A DNA stretch of 27,540 nucleotides, taken from positions 1 through 27,540 of IMG/VR virus record IMGVR_UViG_2529292834_000005; one strand, written 5' to 3'. Made by a program: the position numbers and the translations under genes. The DNA comes from a virus (lineage: Duplodnaviria > Heunggongvirae > Uroviricota > Caudoviricetes). Shown one piece after another: positions 8,821 through 17,538 of the stretch (its first letter is position 1; the number at the start of each line of letters is the position of its first letter). The notes below the pieces were generated by a model. It made no database searches. It had not been told where the DNA came from and saw only the letters and a program-made list of their open reading frames with translations.

Positions 8821-9024
8821 TCAGTCCCATAGCTGGACGGTCTGCGCCGTGGTTGACGCCGTAATGTCCGGCAGTTCCACCTGCAGCCCGTGCGGTAAAA
8901 ATGGGCCGTACTCTGCCAGCCCCGGATTTGCCTTCAGAACCTGCTCAGTGACCCCCTGCGTGCGCCCGTAATGACGCCAGCAAAGCGCGTCCACTGTGTC
9001 ATACTGATGCGCACGCACTTTCAT
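8821..9024 (-). CDS. X: Tail protein X (P2 gpX-like)
   Basis: 67 aa; DTVDALCWRHYGRTQGVTEQVLKANPGLAEYGPFLPHG resembles P2 gpX from memory. Confidence 0.8.
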   Translation of the reverse strand: MKVRAHQYDTVDALCWRHYGRTQGVTEQVLKANPGLAEYGPFLPHGLQVELPDITASTTAQTVQLWD

Positions 9025-9488
9025 CAGATAAGCTCCACCGTACAGTGCGGCGCATCCTGCACCCGGCTGATGGCCCAGCGGGCATCACGCCACAGATCAC
9101 CGCTGGCCTCCGCCAGCTCCTCCCCCCGTTTCACACCTGACGCCGTGGCGTCATAGTCCTGATAACGCTCATTGAGTACGGCACGCGTCCAGCAAAAAAC
9201 GGCGTTATGGTAGTGCCGGATACGCTCGCTTTTACCGTCCAGCATGTCCGCCGGAACCTCAGCCAGTTCCCGGTAGCCCAGCAACTGCTGGCGGTTGCGG
9301 AAGTCGTACAGCTCAGCGTTAACCTCAGAAATAGCCGTCAGCACAACCTGCTTTAAACGCGGCTGCGTCACCGTGCCGTCAGTTCGCATCACACTGCGAA
9401 ATTCCGACAGGTCCACATCAGGCCAGAACGGCGTATTTTTGATGACCTCCGCCTGTTCCGGTGCCTGTTCGGGCGCAACAAACTTCAT
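9024..9488 (-). CDS. L: Head completion protein (P2 gpL-like)
   Basis: Start placed at ATG 9488 preceded by GGAG; the ORF-track start at 9551 is also possible; position between M and X. Confidence 0.75.
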   Translation of the reverse strand: MKFVAPEQAPEQAEVIKNTPFWPDVDLSEFRSVMRTDGTVTQPRLKQVVLTAISEVNAELYDFRNRQQLLGYRELAEVPADMLDGKSERIRHYHNAVFCWTRAVLNERYQDYDATASGVKRGEELAEASGDLWRDARWAISRVQDAPHCTVELI

Positions 9489-9581
9489 GCGGCTTTCTCC
9501 TGAATAAGTGGGCGGTGGACGGAATTTTGATATGGCAGTGCCTTTCGCCATCCCGTGCCGCCCGTGCGCGGGGCACGTTCT

Positions 9582-10232
9582 TTAGCGGCTGTCATTGCGC
9601 AGTCTGCGCTCCAGCTGCTGCTTTTCTTTTTTCACACCGCAGCGGGGATCAAGCTGCAGCGCATGGTTAAGGTGATTCAGGGCAGACGCCGGGTTGCTTT
9701 CGCTCAGTACAGCGCCGATGGCTTTATGCAGGCGCGCCCGCGACTGGTCCGGCATATCCAGATCGGTTGTCAGGTCCAGCGTCTGCAGAAGCAGATCGGC
9801 ATCAAAACCGGCAGCAGCAAGCAGAGCGCTTTGCGCCGCGTCTGCCATTTCTTCTGCCAGCACGGTCTGCACGTTACGGTTGCCCAGCGGCATCACCCAG
9901 CCATGGCGCAGCGCATGACGCCCAATTTCCAGCGCACCGGCATAATCACCGGCGTCGATACGCCACAGCATCACGTACATCAGCACGTCATCCTGCTGCG
10001 CGCCTCCGGCAGCCAGCACGCCCTCTGCCCAGGCAGAATATTTCGGCAGCAGCTCCACCTTGATTTCCGCCTTTTTCACCGTGGACTGGATGCCTTTAAG
10101 CCTGCGGCGATCTTCTGCCAGTTGCAGCAGCATCAGGTCATAACCCGACGCATGGCGAACACTGCCGCCCTCACGGGCGGCCTGTTCAGCCTGAATGCGC
10201 AGGCGGTGCTGCCGTGCGGGACTCAGGCTCAT
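9582..10232 (-). CDS. M: Terminase small (endonuclease) subunit (P2 gpM-like)
   Basis: 216 aa; position between capsid protein N and L; sequence consistent with P2 gpM as recalled. Confidence 0.8.
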   Translation of the reverse strand: MSLSPARQHRLRIQAEQAAREGGSVRHASGYDLMLLQLAEDRRRLKGIQSTVKKAEIKVELLPKYSAWAEGVLAAGGAQQDDVLMYVMLWRIDAGDYAGALEIGRHALRHGWVMPLGNRNVQTVLAEEMADAAQSALLAAAGFDADLLLQTLDLTTDLDMPDQSRARLHKAIGAVLSESNPASALNHLNHALQLDPRCGVKKEKQQLERRLRNDSR

Positions 10233-10235
10233 GCG

Positions 10236-11300
10236 TTATTCCCCACTTTCCGGTGCGGCAGGCGCGCTGAAATCACCGATTTCGATGTTTTCCACCAATG
10301 CCGCGCAGCGGTAGTCCTCGACCACATACGCCTCGTTGACGGATTCAAAGTTTTCAATCCGGTCACGTTTCGGGTTGTCGATGACAGAACGGCGGCGGGG
10401 GTCTTCCTGCCAGTAGATGGACAGGTTATCCAGACGGGTGATCAGCAGCGCATTTGCCGGGAAGAAAGGCGCACGCACGGCCTGCAGGCCACCCATGCGT
10501 TTCTGGCTGATAATCAGATCGGCAGAGATTTTTTCGCTGTTGTCCTGCTCTTTGTTAACCAGCGGGAAATACTTGTCAGCCAGCAGTTCACGACCACAGA
10601 CAACAACCAGCTCGTCATCATCCTGATACTCCACATCGATCAGCTCGTTAACGGCATCCATCACCACCGCATCCAGATTTACGTACCGGCCACCCGGACC
10701 AACTTTTACCGGCTCTGCAGTAGTGGTGCCATCTTCGGCGGTTTTGCTGCCCATAACATGATCCGGCGCGTCTTCGCGGATTTTTTGCAGCCAGCCTTTA
10801 TTGACGTCCTGCAGTAGCGGGTTTTCAGCACGACTGGAGGTTTTGGCGCGCTTCACGCCGTTAAAGCCGATCATGATGCGGTCCAGCGCCTGACGCTTGA
10901 CGATGGCGTTGCGGATACGCACCTGGAAGTCCTGGAATTTCGCCCACAGGTCCAGTTTTGCGTAGGTCAGCACCGTATCAAAGTTGGTCTGCTCGCATTT
11001 GTATTCCACGTCTTCCATCAGCGTCGGATCGGTAGGCTCTCGCTCTTTGGTGGTGGTATCGGTGGTTCCGGCAATGGTGCTGCCAACACCCAGCCCCAGC
11101 AACTGTCCTGACTGCTCAGTGACCGGCGTGATGTTAATCAGCGTCAGGAAAGCGGCGGACTGCTGGATCTGGTCTTCCAGCGTCTGCTGCACGGATGGCT
11201 CAACGGTGAACTTGCTGGAGAGTTCTTCAACCTCCACACCATTCAGGCGCGCCAGTTGCTGCAGGTAAGCGTTAAAGGCAAAGCGGGTTTTCTTTTTCAT
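10236..11300 (-). CDS. N: Major capsid protein (P2 gpN-like)
   Basis: 354 aa immediately after scaffold gene; length and position as in P2. Confidence 0.9.
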   Translation of the reverse strand: MKKKTRFAFNAYLQQLARLNGVEVEELSSKFTVEPSVQQTLEDQIQQSAAFLTLINITPVTEQSGQLLGLGVGSTIAGTTDTTTKEREPTDPTLMEDVEYKCEQTNFDTVLTYAKLDLWAKFQDFQVRIRNAIVKRQALDRIMIGFNGVKRAKTSSRAENPLLQDVNKGWLQKIREDAPDHVMGSKTAEDGTTTAEPVKVGPGGRYVNLDAVVMDAVNELIDVEYQDDDELVVVCGRELLADKYFPLVNKEQDNSEKISADLIISQKRMGGLQAVRAPFFPANALLITRLDNLSIYWQEDPRRRSVIDNPKRDRIENFESVNEAYVVEDYRCAALVENIEIGDFSAPAAPESGE

Positions 11301-11316
11301 CGGGTTTTATGCTCCA

Positions 11317-12150
11317 TCAGCAATTGGTCAGGGTGCCTGCCGGTGCGTCACCGCCCGGCGTGCGCTGGCGGTAATCCTTGCGGCTGTCTTCACGGCTCAG
11401 CTGCTGCTGTAACTCGGCAAAGGCGGTCTGCTGTTCCTGCAGGGAGGACTCCAGTTCAGAAAGGCGCTGGTCCTGTTCGGACAGGGATTTGTCAGTGCGC
11501 TCGCTCAGGAGCTGCTGCTCAGTAGCGACCAGCTCTACGGCTTTATGCACATCAGAGAAGCGCGCATCGTCGGTCTGTTCTTTTTTGGTGAACAGCGCGG
11601 TGACGCGGGCAAAGAGGGACGGCTTTTCGTCTTGGCCTTCTTCCAGTTCGATCTGCGTTTCTTCGGCAGCGGTAAAAAGGTTTTCAGGATTCTGCTTACG
11701 GTTTGCCAGCGGGTTATGTGCGGCACTGGCGCTGAATGCCAGCATTTCGGTGCCGAGACTTGCCGGATCATCTGTTGCCGCCAGCCCCACAAGATAGGCT
11801 TTACCGGTGTCAGCAAACTTCGGGCTGACCTCCATGGAGGTAAACAGCTTCTGGCCTTTTTTCACCAGTGCCACCAGGGAGTCCGTCGGTTCAACATCGG
11901 CGTAAAGTGCCATCTTGCCCGCCAGCGGACCGTCCTGGATTTCTTCTGCAACCAGCGCAGTCACTTTGCCGTAACGATTGAAGGCACTGTCCGGGGAATA
12001 AGACTTGATGTGCTCAAGGTTAATCAGCGCGGTATAGACCGTCGGGTTGTAGCTGGCAGCCATCTGTACCAGCCATTCACGCTGGATCTCGCGCCCGTCA
12101 GTGGTGGCACCTTCCACCCCGATACGGAAACGCTTTGCTTTCACTGTCAT
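11317..12150 (-). CDS. O: Capsid scaffolding protein (P2 gpO-like)
   Basis: 277 aa with acidic, coiled-coil-like C-terminal half; first gene of the O-N-M-L operon, divergent from P. Confidence 0.85.
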   Translation of the reverse strand: MTVKAKRFRIGVEGATTDGREIQREWLVQMAASYNPTVYTALINLEHIKSYSPDSAFNRYGKVTALVAEEIQDGPLAGKMALYADVEPTDSLVALVKKGQKLFTSMEVSPKFADTGKAYLVGLAATDDPASLGTEMLAFSASAAHNPLANRKQNPENLFTAAEETQIELEEGQDEKPSLFARVTALFTKKEQTDDARFSDVHKAVELVATEQQLLSERTDKSLSEQDQRLSELESSLQEQQTAFAELQQQLSREDSRKDYRQRTPGGDAPAGTLTNC

Positions 12151-12228
12151 GAGCCATGCTCCGTTAGAAATAACTTACTGGAGCCTTATGTTTGCGGTGA
12201 TGAGGGGAGTGAGACAACGCGCTGTATT

Positions 12229-12246
12229 TGTACGGTAAACCACACA
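12229..12246. promoter_or_regulatory. TGT-N12-ACA dyad in the divergent O/P promoter region (candidate late-promoter activator site)
   Basis: Seen: tgt acggtaaaccac aca, about 80 bp upstream of the O start; P2 late promoters P_O and P_P are divergent here (established knowledge). Confidence 0.35.
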
Positions 12247-12292
12247 AAACGCAGCCGGGGAAAGCCGCCATACAAGGCCGTATGTTTGGGCC

Positions 12293-14059
12293 ATGAACAC
12301 GACACTGACCCCCGCAGACCTCGATCCCCGTCGGCAGGCCATGCTGCTGTACTTTCAGGGATACCGCGTAGCCCGCATTGCTGAAATGCTGGGCGAAAAA
12401 GTTGCAACCGTTCACAGCTGGAAAAAACGCGACAAGTGGGGCGACTATGGGCCGCTGGATCAGATGCAGCTCACCACCGCCGCACGTTACTGCCAGCTCA
12501 TCATGAAGGAGCAGAAAGAAGGGAAAGACTTCAAGGAAATTGACCTGCTGGCGCGCCAGTCAGAGCGCCACGCCCGGATCGGCAAATTTAACGACGGCGG
12601 GAACGAAGCTGATTTAAACCCGAAAGTAGCCAACCGTAACAAAGGTCCGCGCAGGCAGCCGGAAAAGAACGTTTTCTCCGACGAACAGATCGAAAAGCTG
12701 GAAGAAGTCTTCCACGCCTCAATGTTCGACTATCAGCGTCACTGGTTTGAAGCAGGAAAAACAAACCGCATCCGTAATCTGCTCAAGTCGCGCCAGATTG
12801 GCGCCACGTTTTATTTTGCCCGTGAAGCATTGATTGACGCCCTGCTGACCGGACGCAACCAGATTTTCCTTTCTGCCAGTAAGGCACAGGCGCACGTATT
12901 TAAGCAGTACATCATCGACTTTGCCAAAGAAGTTGAGGTGGAGCTGAAAGGCGATCCTATGGTGCTACCTAATGGCGCAGCATTGTACTTTCTCGGCACC
13001 AACGCCCGTACGGCGCAGAGCTACCACGGCAACCTGTATCTGGATGAATATTTCTGGATACCGAAATTCCAGGAGCTGCGCAAAGTTGCCTCCGGTATGG
13101 CCATTCACAAGAAATGGCGACAAACCTACTTTTCCACGCCGTCCAGCCTGACCCATAGTGCCTATCCGTTCTGGTCCGGTGCGCTGTTTAACCGGGGCCG
13201 CGCCAAAGCGGACAAGGTGGATATTGACCTGACCCACAGCAATCTTGCGCGTGGCCTGCTCTGCCCTGACGGGCAGTACCGCCAGATCGTCACCGTGGAG
13301 GATGCAGTGCGCGGCGGCTGTAACCTGTTCGACCTCGACCAGTTGCGCATGGAGTACAGCCCGGACGAATACCAGAACCTGCTGATGTGCGAATTTATTG
13401 ACGATCTGGCGTCAGTATTCCCGCTCAGCGAACTGCAGGCGTGCATGGGGGACAGTTGGGAAATCTGGACCGATTTTCAGGCGCTGGCGCTGCGCCCGTT
13501 TGGCTGGCGCGAAGTCTGGATCGGATACGACCCGGCGAAAGGCACGCAGAACGGTGACAGCGCCGGGTGCGTGGTGGTGGCACCGCCAACCGTGCCGGGC
13601 GGCAAGTTCCGCATTCTGGAGCGACACCAGTGGCGCGGGATGGACTTCCGCGCCCAGGCTGACGCCATTAAAAAACTAACGCAGCAGTACAACGTGACCT
13701 ATATCGGCATCGACTCGACCGGCGTCGGTCACGGTGTCTACGAGAACGTGAAAGCGTTCTTTCCTGCCGTGCGGGAGTTTGTCTACAACCCCAACGTTAA
13801 AAACGCCCTGGTACTCAAGGCCTACGACATTATCAGCCACCGCCGTCTGGAGTTTGACGCCGGGCATACCGACATTGCGCAATCATTTATGGCAATCCGT
13901 CGCGCCACCACCGCCAGCGGCAACCGCCCGACCTATGAAGCCACCCGCAGCGAAGAAGCCAGCCACGCCGATCTGGCCTGGGCAACAATGCACGCACTAT
14001 TTAACGAACCGCTGCAGGGCGAATCCGCCAATACCAGCAATATTGTGGAGATTTTTTGA
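12293..14059 (+). CDS. P: Terminase large (ATPase) subunit (P2 gpP-like)
   Basis: 588 aa; divergent from O and followed by the portal gene with a 4-bp overlap, as in P2. Confidence 0.9.
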   Translation: MNTTLTPADLDPRRQAMLLYFQGYRVARIAEMLGEKVATVHSWKKRDKWGDYGPLDQMQLTTAARYCQLIMKEQKEGKDFKEIDLLARQSERHARIGKFNDGGNEADLNPKVANRNKGPRRQPEKNVFSDEQIEKLEEVFHASMFDYQRHWFEAGKTNRIRNLLKSRQIGATFYFAREALIDALLTGRNQIFLSASKAQAHVFKQYIIDFAKEVEVELKGDPMVLPNGAALYFLGTNARTAQSYHGNLYLDEYFWIPKFQELRKVASGMAIHKKWRQTYFSTPSSLTHSAYPFWSGALFNRGRAKADKVDIDLTHSNLARGLLCPDGQYRQIVTVEDAVRGGCNLFDLDQLRMEYSPDEYQNLLMCEFIDDLASVFPLSELQACMGDSWEIWTDFQALALRPFGWREVWIGYDPAKGTQNGDSAGCVVVAPPTVPGGKFRILERHQWRGMDFRAQADAIKKLTQQYNVTYIGIDSTGVGHGVYENVKAFFPAVREFVYNPNVKNALVLKAYDIISHRRLEFDAGHTDIAQSFMAIRRATTASGNRPTYEATRSEEASHADLAWATMHALFNEPLQGESANTSNIVEIF

Positions 14060-15099
14060 TGAGTGAATACGACGCTCTGAGCAACACCGCGCCAGTGCAG
14101 GAGGCCGAACAGCAGAAGAATACAACTCACGCCGAAGCGTTCAGCTTTGGCGATCCGATCCCGGTACTGGACCGCCGCGAACTGCTGGACTATGTGGAAT
14201 GCGTACAGATGGACAGATGGTATGAACCTCCGGTGAGTTTTGACGGACTGGCACGGACCTATCGTGCCGCCGTGCATCACAGCTCGCCGATTGCCGTCAA
14301 ACGTAACATCCTGACCAGCACCTTTATCCCACATCCGCTGCTGAGCCAGCAGGCGTTCAGCCGCTTTGTGCAGGACTATCTGGTGTTCGGTAACGCCTAT
14401 CTGGAGAAGCGCACCAACCGCCTTGGAGGTATTCTGTCGCTGGAACCGTCGCTGGCGAAATATACCCGCCGCGGCGTGGATCTTGATACTTACTGGTTTG
14501 TGCAGTACGGCATGACCACGCAGCCCTACGAATTCACTAAAGGCAGCATCTTTCACCTGATGGAGCCGGATTTAAACCAGGAGATTTACGGCTTGCCGGA
14601 ATATCTGTCAGCCATTCCCTCCGCCCTGCTAAACGAGTCCGCTACGCTGTTCCGCCGCAAGTATTACATCAACGGCAGCCACGCGGGCTTCATCATGTAC
14701 ATGACCGACGCCGCACAAAATCAGGAGGACGTGAACAACATCCGCCAGGCGATGAAAAGTGCCAAAGGGCCGGGTAACTTCCGCAACCTGTTTATGTACT
14801 CACCCAACGGGAAAAAGGACGGGATTCAGATCATCCCATTATCAGAGGTGGCGGCTAAAGATGAGTTTCTGAATATCAAGAACGTGAGCCGCGATGACAT
14901 GATGGCAGCACACCGCGTGCCGCCGCAGATGATGGGGATCATGCCCAACAATGTTGGCGGATTTGGGGATGTGGAAAAGGCCAGTTGCGTCTTTGTACGA
15001 AACGAGCTAATGCCATTGCAAAAGCGACTGCAGGAGCTAAACAATTGGTTGGACGAAGAAATAATTCGCTTCGAATCTTATAAATTAAACCTAAATTAA
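14056..15099 (+). CDS. Q: Portal protein (P2 gpQ-like)
   Basis: 347 aa; last gene before the cos region, as in P2. Confidence 0.9.
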   Translation: MMSEYDALSNTAPVQEAEQQKNTTHAEAFSFGDPIPVLDRRELLDYVECVQMDRWYEPPVSFDGLARTYRAAVHHSSPIAVKRNILTSTFIPHPLLSQQAFSRFVQDYLVFGNAYLEKRTNRLGGILSLEPSLAKYTRRGVDLDTYWFVQYGMTTQPYEFTKGSIFHLMEPDLNQEIYGLPEYLSAIPSALLNESATLFRRKYYINGSHAGFIMYMTDAAQNQEDVNNIRQAMKSAKGPGNFRNLFMYSPNGKKDGIQIIPLSEVAAKDEFLNIKNVSRDDMMAAHRVPPQMMGIMPNNVGGFGDVEKASCVFVRNELMPLQKRLQELNNWLDEEIIRFESYKLNLN

Positions 15100-15103
15100 G
15101 CTC

Positions 15104-15135
15104 AAAAAATGCCTGCTACCGCAGGCACTTTGTTT
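15104..15135. terminator. Bidirectional rho-independent terminator between convergent Q and the 97-aa gene
   Basis: Seen: 7-bp stem tgcctgc / gcaggca with loop tacc, A6 on one side and a T-rich run on the other. Confidence 0.7.
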
Positions 15136-15427
15136 ACTCTTTAACAAGTGTAGCCCACACAGAGTCTTCAACCTCTTCAACAACAATATTGATGTTGCAA
15201 ATAACATGGTCTTCACTCTCACGAGTATATCTGAATAGCCTTGTTTTTACTTTCCCACCAAACGACTCACGGCCTTCCTTATTGGTAATGTCGACATAAT
15301 CCCCCACATTCGGAAGCATCAGAAGCGTATTGTCTTCAGAAGAACATCCTACAATATCTCCATCGTCAAGAGGTCGCATGTCCCCTTTACACAGGTATTG
15401 AAAGTCATAGCTGTAGGTAGTTTTCAT
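15134..15427 (-). CDS. Hypothetical 97-aa cargo protein between cos and Q
   Basis: ORF only; acidic, no recognisable motif; no counterpart in the P2 map at this position. Confidence 0.55.
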   Translation of the reverse strand: MKTTYSYDFQYLCKGDMRPLDDGDIVGCSSEDNTLLMLPNVGDYVDITNKEGRESFGGKVKTRLFRYTRESEDHVICNINIVVEEVEDSVWATLVKE

Positions 15428-15599
15428 TATTTATCCTTTGAAGGTAACAGTGCTTACATATGTTGGTTCAGTGGCTTAACATGGAGTTAAGGCTCTGAAA
15501 TGAGCATCATTTGAATGTAACAATATATTGCAACATGGACTCGAAAACTTCAAATCAATCTTCCCGACAGAGAGGTGTATTACTTTTACTACCTGTTAC

Positions 15600-15630
15600 G
15601 CGCGCTCGTATCCCCGCCACGCCTGCCCGC
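15600..15630. other. Putative cos site (cohesive-end region)
   Basis: Minus-strand reading GGCGTGGCGGGGA matches the start of the P2/186 19-nt cohesive end as I recall it (P2 GGCGAGGCGGGGAAAGCAC); lies between Q and the A-side genes, as in P2. Confidence 0.5.
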
Positions 15631-15740
15631 TTTTTGTAGCGATTTTCATGCAGGTGCATGACATAAGCAAAAGCCCACCAGAACTGGCGGGCCTCAGCAA
15701 AAACGATCCTCAAACGATCATGCATATTCATGCGGCATAG

Positions 15741-16523
15741 TCATGCAGTGACTTTGGTCTGGTCAGGCGTAGAAAAATCTTCGAAAGATTTATAAGTTTC
15801 AGTATCAAATATTGAAATACTCTCAACCTGATCCATTGGGATTACATGCCTAAAATGATTTAAGTTCAGTGGAGTTGAGTCTGCTGTAATATTTTTGCTA
15901 AGGTAAAGTTCATAGTAACGATGCTGCTCATGGTATCTGAGCGTATCTTTATCACGATAACCACTAATGTATGGTATGAGAGCCAGATGCTGAGTTTCCT
16001 GATGCTCCATCCGAGGAGCAGCTACGTAACCAATGTAAACTTTTCTGGATTTTAGCGTAACAAAGATGAGCTTACCTTCATCTATAGCCTGAACTAACAG
16101 TGACTCAATTCCATCTTGAGCTGCCATCTCGCGATATGCAGATTGACGAATCTCTTCGTTTTCTATTGCTCTTCGCGCATTGTTACCTTGGTCATAAGCA
16201 ATAAACACCGCAAGCAGCATAGACAACACAAAGAACAATGGGTAAGACATTATCTTTACGTCTGTGAGCCATGAATAAAAGTCCACATGTAACTTAGGCC
16301 AAAAATAGCCAAAAACATTGATAACTGAGCTTATAACTAGCAAACTAACGAATGTAACAGCCATCAGAGTAAACCCCTGAATAGCAAACTTACAACCATG
16401 CATAGCTACATAAAAATAGGAATTCCAACCATTACTTCTTGCTTGCCTGATGCGGGACTGGTAATGATTTTCGGTGTACCAGAACCCGCAAACCAGGACG
16501 ACCATGATAACTAAGGGTCCCAT
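15741..16523 (-). CDS. Membrane protein, 260 aa, 3-4 N-terminal TM helices plus about 150-aa soluble domain; hotspot cargo
   Basis: Hydrophobic segments at about residues 3-17, 46-75 and 91-110; starts 3 bp after the 66-aa gene; occupies the slot of P2 tin/old next to cos. Confidence 0.75.
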   Translation of the reverse strand: MGPLVIMVVLVCGFWYTENHYQSRIRQARSNGWNSYFYVAMHGCKFAIQGFTLMAVTFVSLLVISSVINVFGYFWPKLHVDFYSWLTDVKIMSYPLFFVLSMLLAVFIAYDQGNNARRAIENEEIRQSAYREMAAQDGIESLLVQAIDEGKLIFVTLKSRKVYIGYVAAPRMEHQETQHLALIPYISGYRDKDTLRYHEQHRYYELYLSKNITADSTPLNLNHFRHVIPMDQVESISIFDTETYKSFEDFSTPDQTKVTA

Positions 16524-16526
16524 TCC

Positions 16527-16727
16527 TCATCCTTGTCGTTTTGCAGCCAATTCTTCCATTCTGGCACGCATTGATTCACGTACCTGCTTATTGTTCATGT
16601 TTAAGGTCGCCGCACCATTAGCATCTGTGATAATTTTACTATTATCAGACTGTTGCACATCCTGACGGATAACATCCTGCATAATCTTACCCGGTGCAGA
16701 GAGAACTTTGCGCAGAAGTTCAGACAT
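16527..16727 (-). CDS. Small hydrophilic protein, 66 aa, first gene of two-gene cargo cassette
   Basis: Start placed at ATG 16727 with strong RBS AAGGAGG; the ORF-track N-terminal extension is not supported by an RBS. Confidence 0.6.
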   Translation of the reverse strand: MSELLRKVLSAPGKIMQDVIRQDVQQSDNSKIITDANGAATLNMNNKQVRESMRARMEELAAKRQG

Positions 16728-16946
16728 ATTTTCCTCCTTATGCCTCAAACGCCACGGATTGTGGTGCATGGAGGCTGTCATCTTATAATTATAGGACAAC
16801 AAAAATACGAAACTATTCGAAGAGTGCTACGTATTAACCTATTTACATATCACCCTGCAACCAATTTATCCATAACTAACGCCTCGCACGGCTCGTTGCT
16901 CAACCTTGCGAACGGTAAAAACCAGTTTTATCGTCCGCAACGTTCC

Positions 16947-17180
16947 CTAATGTAACCAGCTGTCGTCCTCCCAGACCTGCTGCATGATTTCCATCACTCG
17001 CTTTTTGTCTTCATCCAGTTTTAACCCGCTCAGTTCAACACCATTGGCGCTGCCCTTACGGATACGAATTGCTGTTTTGGGATACAGAGGGCGCAAATTA
17101 CGGTAAAGCTCGGATTCAAGGGCTTCCAGTGTGACCTGGCTAATCTTCAGCTCTTTATCGATCATTATTTCAATGCGCAT
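16947..17180 (-). CDS. DinI-family protein
   Basis: 77 aa, MRIEIMIDKELK...VMEIMQQVWEDDSWLH resembles E. coli DinI from memory (MRIEVTIAK...ETWESADDW). Confidence 0.75.
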   Translation of the reverse strand: MRIEIMIDKELKISQVTLEALESELYRNLRPLYPKTAIRIRKGSANGVELSGLKLDEDKKRVMEIMQQVWEDDSWLH

Positions 17181-17191
17181 ACAGATTCCCT

Positions 17192-17380
17192 TTAACTGGT
17201 AACGTCCATTGACCGGCTGTATTCATGGCTGCGAATTTTCGCCATCAACTCGTCAGTCAGTTCAGACACCCACTGGATAGCCAGCCGCTTTTCTTCATCG
17301 CTGCACTCACTAGCCGCTACAAGCTTGATAAAAAAATCAATACGCTGGAGCTTCAATGACTCCAAAAGATAGTCCTGCAT
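17192..17380 (-). CDS. Small SOS-regulated protein, 62 aa, possible Tum-like antirepressor
   Basis: Start at ATG 17380 with RBS AGGAGG; LexA box about 50 bp upstream; in phage 186 the LexA-controlled tum gene sits at this end of the genome and is DinI-related (recollection). Confidence 0.5.
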   Translation of the reverse strand: MQDYLLESLKLQRIDFFIKLVAASECSDEEKRLAIQWVSELTDELMAKIRSHEYSRSMDVTS

Positions 17381-17427
17381 CTTCCCTCCTATCATTACAC
17401 GGATACACAACAACTGTATATATACCC

Positions 17428-17447
17428 ACTGTTTATATGAACAGTAT
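17428..17447. promoter_or_regulatory. LexA (SOS) box
   Basis: Seen: aCTGTttatatgaACAGta, a perfect CTGT-N8-ACAG with AT-rich spacer, in the promoter region of the 62-aa/DinI-like genes. Confidence 0.65.
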
Positions 17448-17538
17448 AATAGGAACAAAAAAATGTAAAACTGTTTTTTGTCAGTTAATTGGATACACTG
17501 ACACCAGTCAATAAAGCACGAAATGTTAAACAGCAGTC

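Noticed and set aside
9555-10817. 420-aa plus-strand ORF, with similar long ORFs at 11545-12384, 2947-3621, 3713-4135 and 4554-5024
   Set aside because: Each lies antisense to a well-supported P2-like structural gene (M/N, O, I, J, W); the translations are Arg/Gln/His-rich and low-complexity, typical of shadow ORFs in GC-rich coding DNA.
12164-12415. Small minus-strand ORFs in the O/P divergent promoter region
   Set aside because: They overlap the intergenic regulatory region and the P start, with no RBS or conservation signal; more likely non-coding.
15528-15740. 70-aa plus-strand ORF
   Set aside because: Overlaps the cos-like motif and the intergenic promoter region, has no RBS and no recognisable protein features.
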